Assembly (NCBI GenBank): GCA_965203905.1
Contig: CBDBDQ010000005.1
Location: 576,001 to 640,000, forward strand
Source: Spirochaetia bacterium
GTDB taxonomy: Bacteria; Spirochaetota; Spirochaetia; SZUA-6; Bin103
Length of the DNA: 64,000 nucleotides
Direction: 5' to 3'
Positions within the stretch are counted from its first letter, which is position 1. Every line of letters starts with the position of its first letter. Shown in pieces: positions 50,381 through 59,689 of this stretch. The notes below the pieces were generated by a model. The model was not told the origin of the DNA. It ran no database searches and saw only the letters and a program-made list of their open reading frames with translations. The position numbers and the translations under genes are program-made.

Positions 50381-51103
50381 CTACGCCGACAAACGGCTGA
50401 GCAAATTGGGAAGTTCGTGGAGAGAGGCGATCTCTGCACGCGGTTCCGGGTCGACGACGCTGCGCTGTGCCCTCGACCGATTCAGCCAGATGGAGACCAT
50501 GCCCACACGGTTGGCTCCACCGATGTCCCAAGACAGCGAGTCTCCTACGTAGACACTATACGCCGGTTCGGCATCCAGGGACGCGAGGGCGTGGCCGAAG
50601 ATCGCGGGGAGAGGTTTGCCCGATCCGCAGTCGGTGGTAGTAACCGACTCAAAGTATTCGTCCAGGCTGGCCGCCGCAATCTTTGGGAGATGGGTGGCGT
50701 TTGATCCGTTAGTGATCACGCCGAGCCGATACTTCGCCCGCAGAGCCACGAGGCAGTCGCGGACATCGGCAAACACCGACGCTCGTGCCCACCGTTGTCG
50801 GACGTAGACGCTGGCCGCATGCTCTGCGGCTGGTAACCCCGCGACTGAACATTCGACGAGTGCCGAGCGCCACACTTCGCGTACGACGCTCGGCTCGTCC
50901 ATGTTCCCCCACGGCGGCGAAGGCACGTCTCGGATCGTACGCCAGACCTGCGTGGCGGCCGTGTAGTAGGCTGAGAGAAGCTCGGCGTGACCTATCCGAT
51001 TGCGTTCCGCGACCACGTGTGCAGTCGCCTTCACCGAGGATCGCCAGTCGGCGTCGTCGTCTACCAGCGTGCCGTCCACATCGAAGAAAACCGCTTCCAG
51101 CAT
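50381..51103 (-). CDS. HAD family hydrolase
   Basis: FFDVDGTL, ITNG, GKP, VGDSLSWDIGGA. Confidence 0.92.
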   Translation of the reverse strand: MLEAVFFDVDGTLVDDDADWRSSVKATAHVVAERNRIGHAELLSAYYTAATQVWRTIRDVPSPPWGNMDEPSVVREVWRSALVECSVAGLPAAEHAASVYVRQRWARASVFADVRDCLVALRAKYRLGVITNGSNATHLPKIAAASLDEYFESVTTTDCGSGKPLPAIFGHALASLDAEPAYSVYVGDSLSWDIGGANRVGMVSIWLNRSRAQRSVVDPEPRAEIASLHELPNLLSRLSA

Positions 51104-51180
51104 GCACGCTCAGTATATCCCGCAACCACCGGGCCTACAGCACACATCCTGGGTCGCCGCGCCCCTTTCGCCACGACTCA
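50849..51180. repeat. Segment duplicated in degenerate form at 58522-58850
   Basis: 5' third and upstream region of the HAD gene; aligns by eye. Confidence 0.92.
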
Positions 51181-51381
51181 AATCAGGCAGACTGATACAC
51201 TACCCGTGACTGGCTTCCAGGTGGTGTCCTACGTTATTGAGCGGGTGCCGTATGCACAGGCGGACGGCACGCCGTGCGAGTTGGTCCGCTCACCAACGGA
51301 CGGAACCCGCGGCCACTGCGTTCGTCCGCGCTTTGCGCGACGACTCTCCGCCGACAGCGCAGGCGCGGGAGTGACGAGACT

Positions 51382-52308
51382 GTGACAAGATTCATACCGA
51401 AGATCGACGATCGGGTTGGGGCATCCGAGAGGTCTCCAGACCGCGGACAGGTGATCGCCGGGGCTGCCTTGGTCGCTACAGCGGGCCTCATGTTCGCATT
51501 GGCAGGGATGGCGATCAGGATGGCCAGCGCGACACTGTCCAGCGTCGAGATTCTGTTCTGGCGCAACACCCTCAGCATGCTGATCCTGACGCCGTGGGTG
51601 GTGTTGCGTTGGCCTGAATCAGTACGAACGGCGCACGCCGGTCTCATGGTGATGCGCGGCGTGACTGTGGTCGTGTCGCTGCTCTGCTATTACTACGCGG
51701 TTACCCTTATCCCTCTGGCCGAAGCCGTTCTGCTGAATTTCAGCGCGCCGATCTTTGTACCCATTCTCGGCTTCCTGCTATTCCGCTTTCCCTTCAACCG
51801 AACCGTGCTGGTAGCCGTGACAATCGGCTTTGTGGGTGCCGCCCTCATCCTCAAGCCGGGCACGGGCTTCTTCCAGCCGACTGCTCTGATTGGGCTGGCC
51901 TCTGGGATACTCGGCGGGCTCGCCATCGTCGCGCTATGCCGCATGCCGAGAAACGAGGACGCCACCCGCATCGCCATTTACTTCGCGCTAATCGGAATCG
52001 TCATCACTGCCGGTCCGGCGCTCATGACGCCGCGCTTGCCACCTACCGAAGCGTGGCCCGCGCTCGTCATGCTGGGCGTGTTCTCGACGGCCGCCCACGT
52101 GCTATTTGCACGCGGCTGCCTGATCGCTCCTGCGGACCGAGTCAGTATCCTCAACTACACGTCAGTTTTCTTCGCCGCCTTGCTTGCATGGGTGCTGTGG
52201 GATGAACGGGTGGACTGGTTCATGGTTGCTGGCACAGCTCTCATCATCGCAGCCAGCTTCATCGCCGTGCGCGCCGGCAACCACGACAGGCGGGTCAACT
52301 CAGCGTGA
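51382..52308 (+). CDS. DMT/EamA family transporter
   Basis: About 10 TM helices, EILFWRN, PLAEAVLLNFSAPIF, WDER. Confidence 0.9.
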   Translation: MTRFIPKIDDRVGASERSPDRGQVIAGAALVATAGLMFALAGMAIRMASATLSSVEILFWRNTLSMLILTPWVVLRWPESVRTAHAGLMVMRGVTVVVSLLCYYYAVTLIPLAEAVLLNFSAPIFVPILGFLLFRFPFNRTVLVAVTIGFVGAALILKPGTGFFQPTALIGLASGILGGLAIVALCRMPRNEDATRIAIYFALIGIVITAGPALMTPRLPPTEAWPALVMLGVFSTAAHVLFARGCLIAPADRVSILNYTSVFFAALLAWVLWDERVDWFMVAGTALIIAASFIAVRAGNHDRRVNSA

Positions 52309-52365
52309 CACGACCCGCGAACAACTCGATGTGCGTCTCTATGGCGTGAGTCGAGCCCATTTCAT

Positions 52366-53082
52366 CTAAAGAGCTTTCGGACTCATACTCGTCTCCAACC
52401 CTAAGATCTTGGGGATCTCAGTCAACGATGTCACCTCGTAGTTAGGTTGGGTGTCGGTGTCGTTCGCGACACGTTCTCTGTTGAGCCAGACTGCCGGTGC
52501 ACCGACACTCTGCGCTCCCGCCACGTCGTTATCAAGTGAGTCGCCTACATGGAGCAGCTGCACAAGTTCACACCCTGCTCGTTGGGCAGCAATCTCGAAG
52601 ATTCTCGGATCCGGCTTCTTAATCTGTACGTCCTGGGAAAGGACAACAAACGCAACCCATTCTGCAAGACCGCAGTGCTTTGGATAAGTATTTCCATTTT
52701 AGAGTAACCCCAACCGGAAATGCGGCACTAACATATCAAAGGTTGGTAGCACATCGGAATACAACTCTATGTCTTCAAAACGGTGTTTCAGATAAATTGC
52801 ACTCAGATGCGCGGCAAGGTCTCCATCTGGGCATCCAACATGTTCAAGTGTCCGCTCAAACGCCCGTCTCCGGATTTCTTCCAGGTTCCAGATTTTGCCT
52901 TCTACCCCTTCAGCAAATTGATTCCGAATTGCAATCATCTTATCTACCGTAAGTTCTAAAGTACGCGGGGTTCGAACACATCTCTGCAACTCCAGCAGTG
53001 CGTGCTTGAGCGAATGGCGCATAACCCTCCGAAAATCCCACAAGGTCATATCCGCATCAAAAGAGACAGCCGAAATGTTCAA
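52366..53082 (-). pseudogene. HAD hydrolase with an in-frame nonsense codon
   Basis: SFDADMTLWD...LGLL*NGN...KKPDPRIF...HVGDSLDND; TAA at 52699-52701. Confidence 0.88.
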
Positions 53083-53144
53083 GTAACTCTCCTCACCTCA
53101 CCCGCATTACGAATTCTTCCGCGACTCCTTGGCACTGTAGCCGG

Positions 53145-53226
53145 TATACGACGTCTTGTCCACGTGGTAGCAGTCCTGCTCGCGCTGCAGACCATCTCGA
53201 TGGCGATGGGCAGGCAGCGCTTGATC
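53145..53226 (-). pseudogene. N-terminal remnant of an AAA-ATPase-like (PF09820-type) protein
   Basis: KRCLPIAIE and REQDCYHVDKTSY resemble LPIGIQxF..R...YYVDKT. Confidence 0.55.
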
Positions 53227-53352
53227 GCCGGGGTCACCCTACACTTGCGCCAAGGCGCTTACACACAACGGCCCATCGGCACGGACTGAACTTCATCTCC
53301 TCCTGGGGGCTGGCACGTTCGGAGTCGTCGGAAGCGAGGCGGGCGGGCCGCG

Positions 53353-53799
53353 CTACAGAGTCCCGGCCTTGCTGAACTGGATCGCCGACACGCCTCTCTG
53401 CACGCGGCAGACGACGGTGCCGGTGTCACGGAAGGAGTCTGCAATCCGTTCGACCTGCTTCGGAATCGTGTTCGGAGGGAGCTCATCGGCTCGGAAAAAC
53501 TCGGTCCGGTCCGCCTCGTCGCTTAGCGCGATCTCGCCGCCTACCCGCCGGCAGAGGAACGAGAACACCAAGTCGTTGGCCTCGGGCTTGCTGTAGACCC
53601 CGGCCAGCATGGAGACCTCAACCTCAAGCCCGGTTTCTTCCCTGACCTCTCTGATCACGCCCTCCCAGGGCGCCTCGCCGTGCTCCAGCACGCCCCCCGG
53701 CAGGTTCCAGAGGTCGTGATCGCGGCGGTGACACAGCAGCACCCGGCGATCACGGTCATGGATTATGGCGAAGACGCCAATGGTGAACGTCGGCTTCAT
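53353..53799 (-). CDS. NUDIX hydrolase
   Basis: WNLPGGVLEHGEAPWEGVIREVREETGL. Confidence 0.93.
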   Translation of the reverse strand: MKPTFTIGVFAIIHDRDRRVLLCHRRDHDLWNLPGGVLEHGEAPWEGVIREVREETGLEVEVSMLAGVYSKPEANDLVFSFLCRRVGGEIALSDEADRTEFFRADELPPNTIPKQVERIADSFRDTGTVVCRVQRGVSAIQFSKAGTL

Positions 53800-53859
53800 G
53801 TCGAATGGTACGCGTTGCGCATGTCGGCGTCAAGGATTGCGTGTGCGGTGTGGTGCGGT

Positions 53860-53941
53860 GTGCGGGTAGCCCAGGGCGGTCACCCACCCCAGGCCCCCAC
53901 AGTCCCGAGTTTGCGCGATTGACGCACTCGGTTCCTCAAGC
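53860..53941 (-). mobile_element. Group II intron DV/DVI remnant (3' part of the intron fragment split by IS21)
   Basis: Reverse complement GAGGAACCGAGTGCGTCAATCGCGCAAACTCGGGACTGTGGGGGCCTGGGGTGGGTGACCGCCCTGGGCTACCCGCAC matches 37008-37084. Confidence 0.85.
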
Positions 53942-54109
53942 TGCAGAATCCGGTGCAAAAGAGCCACTGATCCGATTATAAGGGAGCCAGCCGTCCGGAA
54001 ATAAAAAGCCACCCGTCCGGCGGAAAAAAGCCAATTTGAGGCTGCTGCCCGGACGGGGTCTGGTCCGATCCTCCACTACGCTCTCCCGATCCGTACCGGA
54101 GGGAGATGC

Positions 54110-55666
54110 ATGGCACGCAGGAGGATCAACATGGAGAAGATCAAGGAGGTCATCCGCTACGGGGTGACCACCGGTCTGAGTGAGCGAGCGATTGGCCGCG
54201 CGCTGCAGGTGTCGCGCACCGCGGTGGCGAAGTACCTGGAGTGCTTCCGCGGCAGCGGACTGACCTGGGAGCAGGCGCAGGAGTTGCCCGACAGCGAGTT
54301 GCTGAGCGTGTTGGAGGGCAATCGTGCGGCGCGCACCAACGCGCGCTATGAGCGGCTGGTCGAGCGGTTTCCGATGATGGTCAAGGAGCTGCGGCGCAAG
54401 GGAGTGACGCTGCAGTTGCTCTGGGAGGAGTACCTGCGCGAACACCCGGACGGCTATCAGAACAGCCAGTTCTGCCACCATTTCCACCGCTGGCGCAAGA
54501 GCGCCGAGGTGGCCATGCACATCGACCACAAGGCCGGCGAGAAGCTGTTCGTCGACTACGCCGGCGACCGGCTGGCGATCGTGGACCCGGAGGGCGGCAA
54601 GGAGCAGGCGGTGGAAACCTTCGTCGCGATCCTCGGGGCCAGCGAGCTGACCTACGTGGAGGCCAGCGCCACGCAACAGAGCGAGGACTGGATCCGCTCC
54701 AACGAGCGCGCGCTGCGCTACTGCGGCGGCTGCCCGCAGGTCATCATCCCGGACAACCTGCGCAGCGCCGTGAGCCGCTCAGACCCCTATGAGCCGGGCA
54801 TCAATCCCACCTTCGACGCGTTCGCCGAGCACTATGGGCTCGTCATCATGCCCGCCCGCGTCCGCCAGGCACGGGACAAGGCTCTGGTCGAGAACGCGGT
54901 GCGGCTGACCTATCAGCGCATCTACGCCCCGTTGCGTGATCGTACCTTCCACTCGCTCGAGGCGCTCAACGCGGCGATCAGGCCGCTGCTCGAGCAGCAC
55001 AACCGGCGCCGCTTTCAGCGGCTGCCCTACTCACGCCGTGAGCTGTTCGAGCAGATCGAGCAGCCGGCCCTGGCGCCGTTGCCTGCGCACCACTTCCCGC
55101 TGCAGCAGACCCGCGAAGTGACGGTCGGGTTCAACTATCACGTCGAGCTGCGCGAAGACCGGCACCACTACAGCGTGCCCTGGCAACTACGCACCCGCGA
55201 TCCGCGCACCAAGGTGAAACTGCTGTACGACGAGCGCACCGTCACGATCTACTACGACAACGTGCGCATCGCCGAGTACCAGCGTGATCGCCGTCCGGGT
55301 GGCTACACCACGCTGCCCGACCACATGCCGCCGCAGCACCGCTGGTACGCCGAGTGGAGTCCGGAACGATTTCTGCGTTGGGGACGGGCGCTCGGCCCCA
55401 ACGTCGAGGCGGTGATCGAGCAGGTGCTAGGGGACGCCAAGTACCCGCCGCAGGGGTTCCGTGCCTGCCTCGGCATCCTGAACCTGGAGAAGAGCTACGG
55501 CGCAGCGCGGCTCGATCGCGCCTGCCGGCGGGCGCTGTCCTACGGTCTGTGCTCCTACCGCCGCATTCAGAACATGCTGAAGCTGGGCTTGGAGGAGGAG
55601 CAAGAGCAGCAGCCGCTGAGCTTCCCCAGCCATGACAACGTGCGTGGCAGCCGCTACTACCACTGA
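54110..55666 (+). CDS. istA: IS21 transposase
   Basis: HTH, HKAGEKLFVDYAG, PDNLRSAV, DKALVENAV, HYSVP. Confidence 0.97.
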   Translation: MARRRINMEKIKEVIRYGVTTGLSERAIGRALQVSRTAVAKYLECFRGSGLTWEQAQELPDSELLSVLEGNRAARTNARYERLVERFPMMVKELRRKGVTLQLLWEEYLREHPDGYQNSQFCHHFHRWRKSAEVAMHIDHKAGEKLFVDYAGDRLAIVDPEGGKEQAVETFVAILGASELTYVEASATQQSEDWIRSNERALRYCGGCPQVIIPDNLRSAVSRSDPYEPGINPTFDAFAEHYGLVIMPARVRQARDKALVENAVRLTYQRIYAPLRDRTFHSLEALNAAIRPLLEQHNRRRFQRLPYSRRELFEQIEQPALAPLPAHHFPLQQTREVTVGFNYHVELREDRHHYSVPWQLRTRDPRTKVKLLYDERTVTIYYDNVRIAEYQRDRRPGGYTTLPDHMPPQHRWYAEWSPERFLRWGRALGPNVEAVIEQVLGDAKYPPQGFRACLGILNLEKSYGAARLDRACRRALSYGLCSYRRIQNMLKLGLEEEQEQQPLSFPSHDNVRGSRYYH

Positions 55667-55679
55667 GGGGGGTCCGACG

Positions 55680-56441
55680 ATGACCAATAACCAAGCTACC
55701 CTCCACAAGCTCGACCAGATGCGCCTGCACGGCATGGCGCGGGCGTTGCGCACCAGCCTCGACACCCAGGGCCAGTGGACCGCCGACGAGTTGCTGGCTC
55801 ACCTGGTGGATGCCGAGTGGGACGACCGCCATGAGCGGCGGCTGAAGCGGCTGCTGAAGGCGGCCCGTTTTCGCTACCCGGCCGCCATCGAGGAGGTCGA
55901 CTTCGCACTGCGCCGCAACCTGGACCGGAACCAGTTGCTGCGGCTGGCCGACTGCCGCTGGGTGCAGCACCACCAGGACCTGATCATCACCGGCAAATGT
56001 GGCTCCGGGAAGAGCTTCCTGGCCTCCGCACTGGGCCACCAGGCGTGTCTGCGCGGGTTCCGGGTCGGCTACCATGCGTCCTCGCGGCTGTTCGCGGAAC
56101 TGCGCCTGGCCAAGGCTGACGGCAGTTACGTCCGCGAGCTGGAGAAGATCAGCAAGCAGGCTTTGACGATCATCGATGACTTTGCGCTGGAGCCGCTGGA
56201 CGCACTGGCGCGGCTGGCACTGCTGGAGATGCTCGAAGATCGCCACGGTCGAGCCTCGACGCTGATGGTGTCGCAGTTGCCGGTGTCGTCCTGGCATGAG
56301 GTGATCGGCGAGCCCACCATCGCCGACGCGATCTGTGATCGCCTCGTGCACGGCGCCCACCGCATCGACCTGGAAGGAGATTCGGTGCGCAAGCTGTATG
56401 CCGAGCGCGCCAACCGGGATCCAGCCGAGCCGCTGGGATAG
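55680..56441 (+). CDS. istB: IS21 helper AAA+ ATPase
   Basis: GKCGSGKS, IIDDF, SQLPVSSW, ADAICDRLVH. Confidence 0.97.
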   Translation: MTNNQATLHKLDQMRLHGMARALRTSLDTQGQWTADELLAHLVDAEWDDRHERRLKRLLKAARFRYPAAIEEVDFALRRNLDRNQLLRLADCRWVQHHQDLIITGKCGSGKSFLASALGHQACLRGFRVGYHASSRLFAELRLAKADGSYVRELEKISKQALTIIDDFALEPLDALARLALLEMLEDRHGRASTLMVSQLPVSSWHEVIGEPTIADAICDRLVHGAHRIDLEGDSVRKLYAERANRDPAEPLG

Positions 56442-56513
56442 CGCCCCGGCCGGCGCCACGACCGCGCCGGGCAGGAGCCGTGCTGCCGCGCGCGGCGCTC
56501 CGTGGTCCACCAC

Positions 56514-57764
56514 GAGGTCGCGGCAGCAACGAGCACCGTCGCGGCGGCGATCTCGGGCATGCGGACCCCTCCACGACCGTCTGGCAGCGCTGTTTGGCCG
56601 TCAGCGCGCCGCTCGGCGTCAGGGTCGGCTTCTCAGCGGCCCCCTGAGGCCCTTCCCAACCCGCGGCGGTACTCCAGGGTACCCCCGAACATCCGAAAAA
56701 TGCCCGTCAACGCCGTTTCTCAGCGCCACTGGCCCGCGCGGTCCGCCACACCGGCGTCCGCCTGGACCCGCAATCGAAGGGCACCCCGCGAGCGATTGTC
56801 GGTTGCTATTCCGAGCCAACTACCGCTGCCTGCCGCCGGGCCACCGGTCGAGGTCGCGGCAGCACGCCAGCATGAACACCGTCGCGCCCGCGATCGCGGC
56901 ATTCGCACCCCTCTACCGCCGGCCGCCACCGCCGTTTCGCCGTCAGCGCGCCGCTCGGCGTCAGAGTCAGCCTCTCAGCGGCCCCCTGAGGCCCTTCCCA
57001 ACCCGCGGCGGTACTCCAGGGTACCCCCGAACATCCGAAAAATGCCCGTCAACGCCGTTTCTCAGCGCCACTGGCCCGCGCGGTCCGCCACACCGGCGTC
57101 CGCCTGGACCCGCAATCGAAGGGCACCCCGCGAGCGATTGTCGGTTGCTATTCCGAGCCAACTACCGCTGCCTGCCGCCGGGCCACCGGTCGAGGTCGCG
57201 GCAGCACGCCAGCATGAACACCGTCGCGCCCGCGATCGCGGCATTCGCACCCCTCTACCGCCGGCCGCCACCGCCGTTTCGCCGTCAGCGCGCCGCTCGG
57301 CGTCAGAGTCAGCCTCTCAGCGGCCCCCTGAGGCCCTTCCCAACCCGCGGCGGTACTCCAGGGTACCCCCGAACATCCGAAAAATGCCCGTCAACGCCGT
57401 TTCTCAGCGCCGCTGGCCCGCGCGGTCCGCCCGCACCGGCTCCGCCTGGACCCACAAATCGAAGGCACCGCGTGCGGTCGCCGGTTGCTGTTCCGCGCCG
57501 ACTACCGCTGCCTGCCGCCGGGCCACCGGTCGAGGTCGCGGCAGCACGCCAGCATGAACACCGTCGCGCCCGCGATCGCGGCATTCGCACCCCTCCGCCG
57601 CCGGCCGCCACCGCCGTTTCGCCGTCAGCGCGCCGCTCGGCGTCAGAGTCAGCCTCTCAGCGGCCCCCTGAGGCCCTTCCCAACCCGCGGCGGTACTCCA
57701 GGGTACCCCCGAACATCCGAAAAATGCCCGTCAACGCCGTTTCTCAGCGCCGCTGGCCCGCGCG
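56514..57764. repeat. Tandem array of ~340-bp units (starts 56514, 56850, 57192, 57532; last one partial) inside IS21
   Basis: Periods 336/342/340; invariant ~95-bp core TCTCAGCGGCCCCCTGAGG...GGTACTCCAGGGTACC...GTTTCTCAGCGCC in all four. Confidence 0.95.
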
Positions 57765-58098
57765 ATTCGCCACGCCTGCACCTCGAACAAACCATTCGAC
57801 ACGGCGCTCCGCCAGCCAGATGCTACTCTCCAGCGCATCACGGTGTCGCTTACACAGATCCAACCACCGCCGATGCAGTCTCCTCAGCCAGGGCGGTGTA
57901 CCAGGCACCGGCAACAGGCCACCCTGGAGGACTCCGGCCAAGTGGCCGTTACCGCTCTTAACCCCCTCTGAGCGCTCTGAGCGCACTGTCAGATTGATTC
58001 AAAAAAGCCACCCCGCTATACTGGCTGGTGCAGGGTCGGACCACTCCCCGGTGGCTTTTTATTTCCGGAATGGGTGGCTTTTTTCACCGGAATACGCA

Positions 58099-58185
58099 TC
58101 AAGCCGCAGGGTTCGCTACATAGGCAGAGTGAACGAAACGAGCAGGCGGCAGCGGGTACCGCACCAGAAGCCGGGTGAAACGGTG
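58099..58185 (-). pseudogene. Group II intron maturase C-terminal tail (5' part of the split fragment)
   Basis: RFTRLLVRYPLPPARFVHSAYVANPAA*; the stop codon lies within the TSD. Confidence 0.75.
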
Positions 58186-58360
58186 CGCGCCAGCAGGACG
58201 TACAGCTTCCACAGTTCGCTTCCGTCGTCCTGTAGCTGCCAAACGAGTTTTGCGTAAGCACCATTGTCGGGACGGTGTGGCGGAAGTCCACGTTGCTGAC
58301 GCGGCAGCTCGCGCAGTCGCAGTCCTCCCGCACCGCACCGCCTGGGAGGACACTACCTAC

Positions 58361-58523
58361 AAGCGACGGCCGGCGTGACGGCCGAGCCCAGTCGGACTAT
58401 GGTGCACGGGAGTTCCGCTGTGCAGCGTTTCACGGTCTCTCGCGACGACCGCTATCGCGAGGCTTGGCCGAGCGTCTGCGTCGCGCCGACGGCAACCTAG
58501 TGTGCTGCTATGCGGAGGCGGAC
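58361..58523 (+). repeat. Degenerate copy of the upstream region and first ~35 codons of the sialidase-like gene (59629-59794)
   Basis: ctgtgcagcgtttcacggt.tctcgcgacgaccgctatc..gcggaggcggac in both copies. Confidence 0.92.
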
Positions 58524-58850
58524 ATTCGACGAGTGCCGAGCCACACTTCGCGTACAACGCTCGGCTCGTCCATGTTCCCTCACGGCGGCGAAGGCTCGTC
58601 TCGGATCGTACGCCAGACCTGCGTGGCAGCCGTGTAGTAGGCCGTAAGAAGCCCGGCGCGACCTATCCGATGGCGTTCCGTGACCACGTTTGCAGTCGCT
58701 TCACCGAGGATCGCCAGTCGGCGTCGTCGTCTATCAGCATGCCGTCCACATCGAAGAACACCGCCTCCAGCATGCACGCTCAGTATATCCCGCAACCACC
58801 GGGCCTACAGCACACATCCTGGATCACAGCACCACCTTCGCCACGACTCA
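58522..58850 (-). pseudogene. Degenerate copy of the HAD gene 5' region (50849-51180)
   Basis: High identity with indels; joined to the sialidase copy through a 2-bp (AC) microhomology. Confidence 0.9.
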
Positions 58851-58867
58851 TTCCTCCCGATGTCTCC

Positions 58868-59562
58868 CTAAGTCCTTGCAACACAAAGCACTAGGCAACT
58901 GTACATGAGGATCTCTTTGCGAGGTCCAATCGCGCTCTTTAGAGCCGCGGATAGTTGCTCCTCGTGACCGACTGAGTGTGCGAAAGAACTCAGAAGATTC
59001 GTGTACTCTTCCACAGTCAGAGTGAGAGACTCGCGTGACAGTGTCCACTCTCTGTCAGAAAAAGAACCGCGCTCATATAGCTCCGCTTTTCCCGCTTGAA
59101 TCAACTCGTTGAGATAGCTCTCGAATCTGCGAGGTTCTCGCGCCAGATCCGGGAATCCACATTCAACAACGGCAGAGTTCAGCTCATCCTGGAGGACGGA
59201 ATCAGCGATTATAGGGTGATTCCAAAGCGTGACCAAAGATCCTTTTGGCTTCAGCATAGTGCAAGTCTTTTGTAGCTCACCTCGGGATCGAGCCAATGAA
59301 ACGAATTTTGCCGCCACTACGGCATCGTATTCCTGTCGTGCGCAGAATTCCTCGAACGTCTGTAGTACAATCTCAAGTCGCCGGTCCGGACAGTTCTGTC
59401 GTAGAGTGGTCGCAAGCACGGTACTCCCTGCCGAGAGCCTTGCCTTCGTATGACATGTGACACGATCGTCCAAGGGAACGATGGCCTTCCTTGATCGTAT
59501 TCTTGCGGCCTCCTGTCGAATGCGAACCGTAAACGGCGGTTAGTGTTCGCGCGCATCGTCAA
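58868..59562 (-). pseudogene. SAM methyltransferase, frameshifted and lacking motif I
   Basis: FDRRPQEYDQGRPSFP N-terminus; LSAGSTVL jumps past the expected GxGxG; LKPKGSLVTLWNHP. Confidence 0.7.
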
Positions 59563-59689
59563 TCACATCCTGTCCTGTACCGGCGCTGCGGATCAACCCT
59601 ATAGTGTCAGGCGCGCGACGTGAATTGGAAGCGCTCGTCGGGCGTGACGGGCAAGCCGAGGCGGAGTATGGTTCGTAAGGAGTTTCACT

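Larger units (their letters stand above)
53942..58098 (+). mobile_element. Complete IS21-family element, 4157 bp, 6-bp TSD TCAAGC
   Basis: TG...CA ends; multiple ~22-bp subterminal repeats (TCCGG.AAAAAGCCA); TCAAGC at 53936-53941 and 58099-58104; istA+istB. Confidence 0.95.

Noticed and set aside
56514-57764. CRISPR interpretation of the tandem array
   Set aside because: Units are ~340 bp, the intervening parts are homologous rather than unique spacers, and there are no cas genes
56335-58257. 640-aa and 351-aa ORFs across the IS21 tandem array
   Set aside because: Arg/Pro-rich, open in several frames because the unit is GC-rich and 342 is a multiple of 3; the 340-bp unit breaks frame; no domain signal
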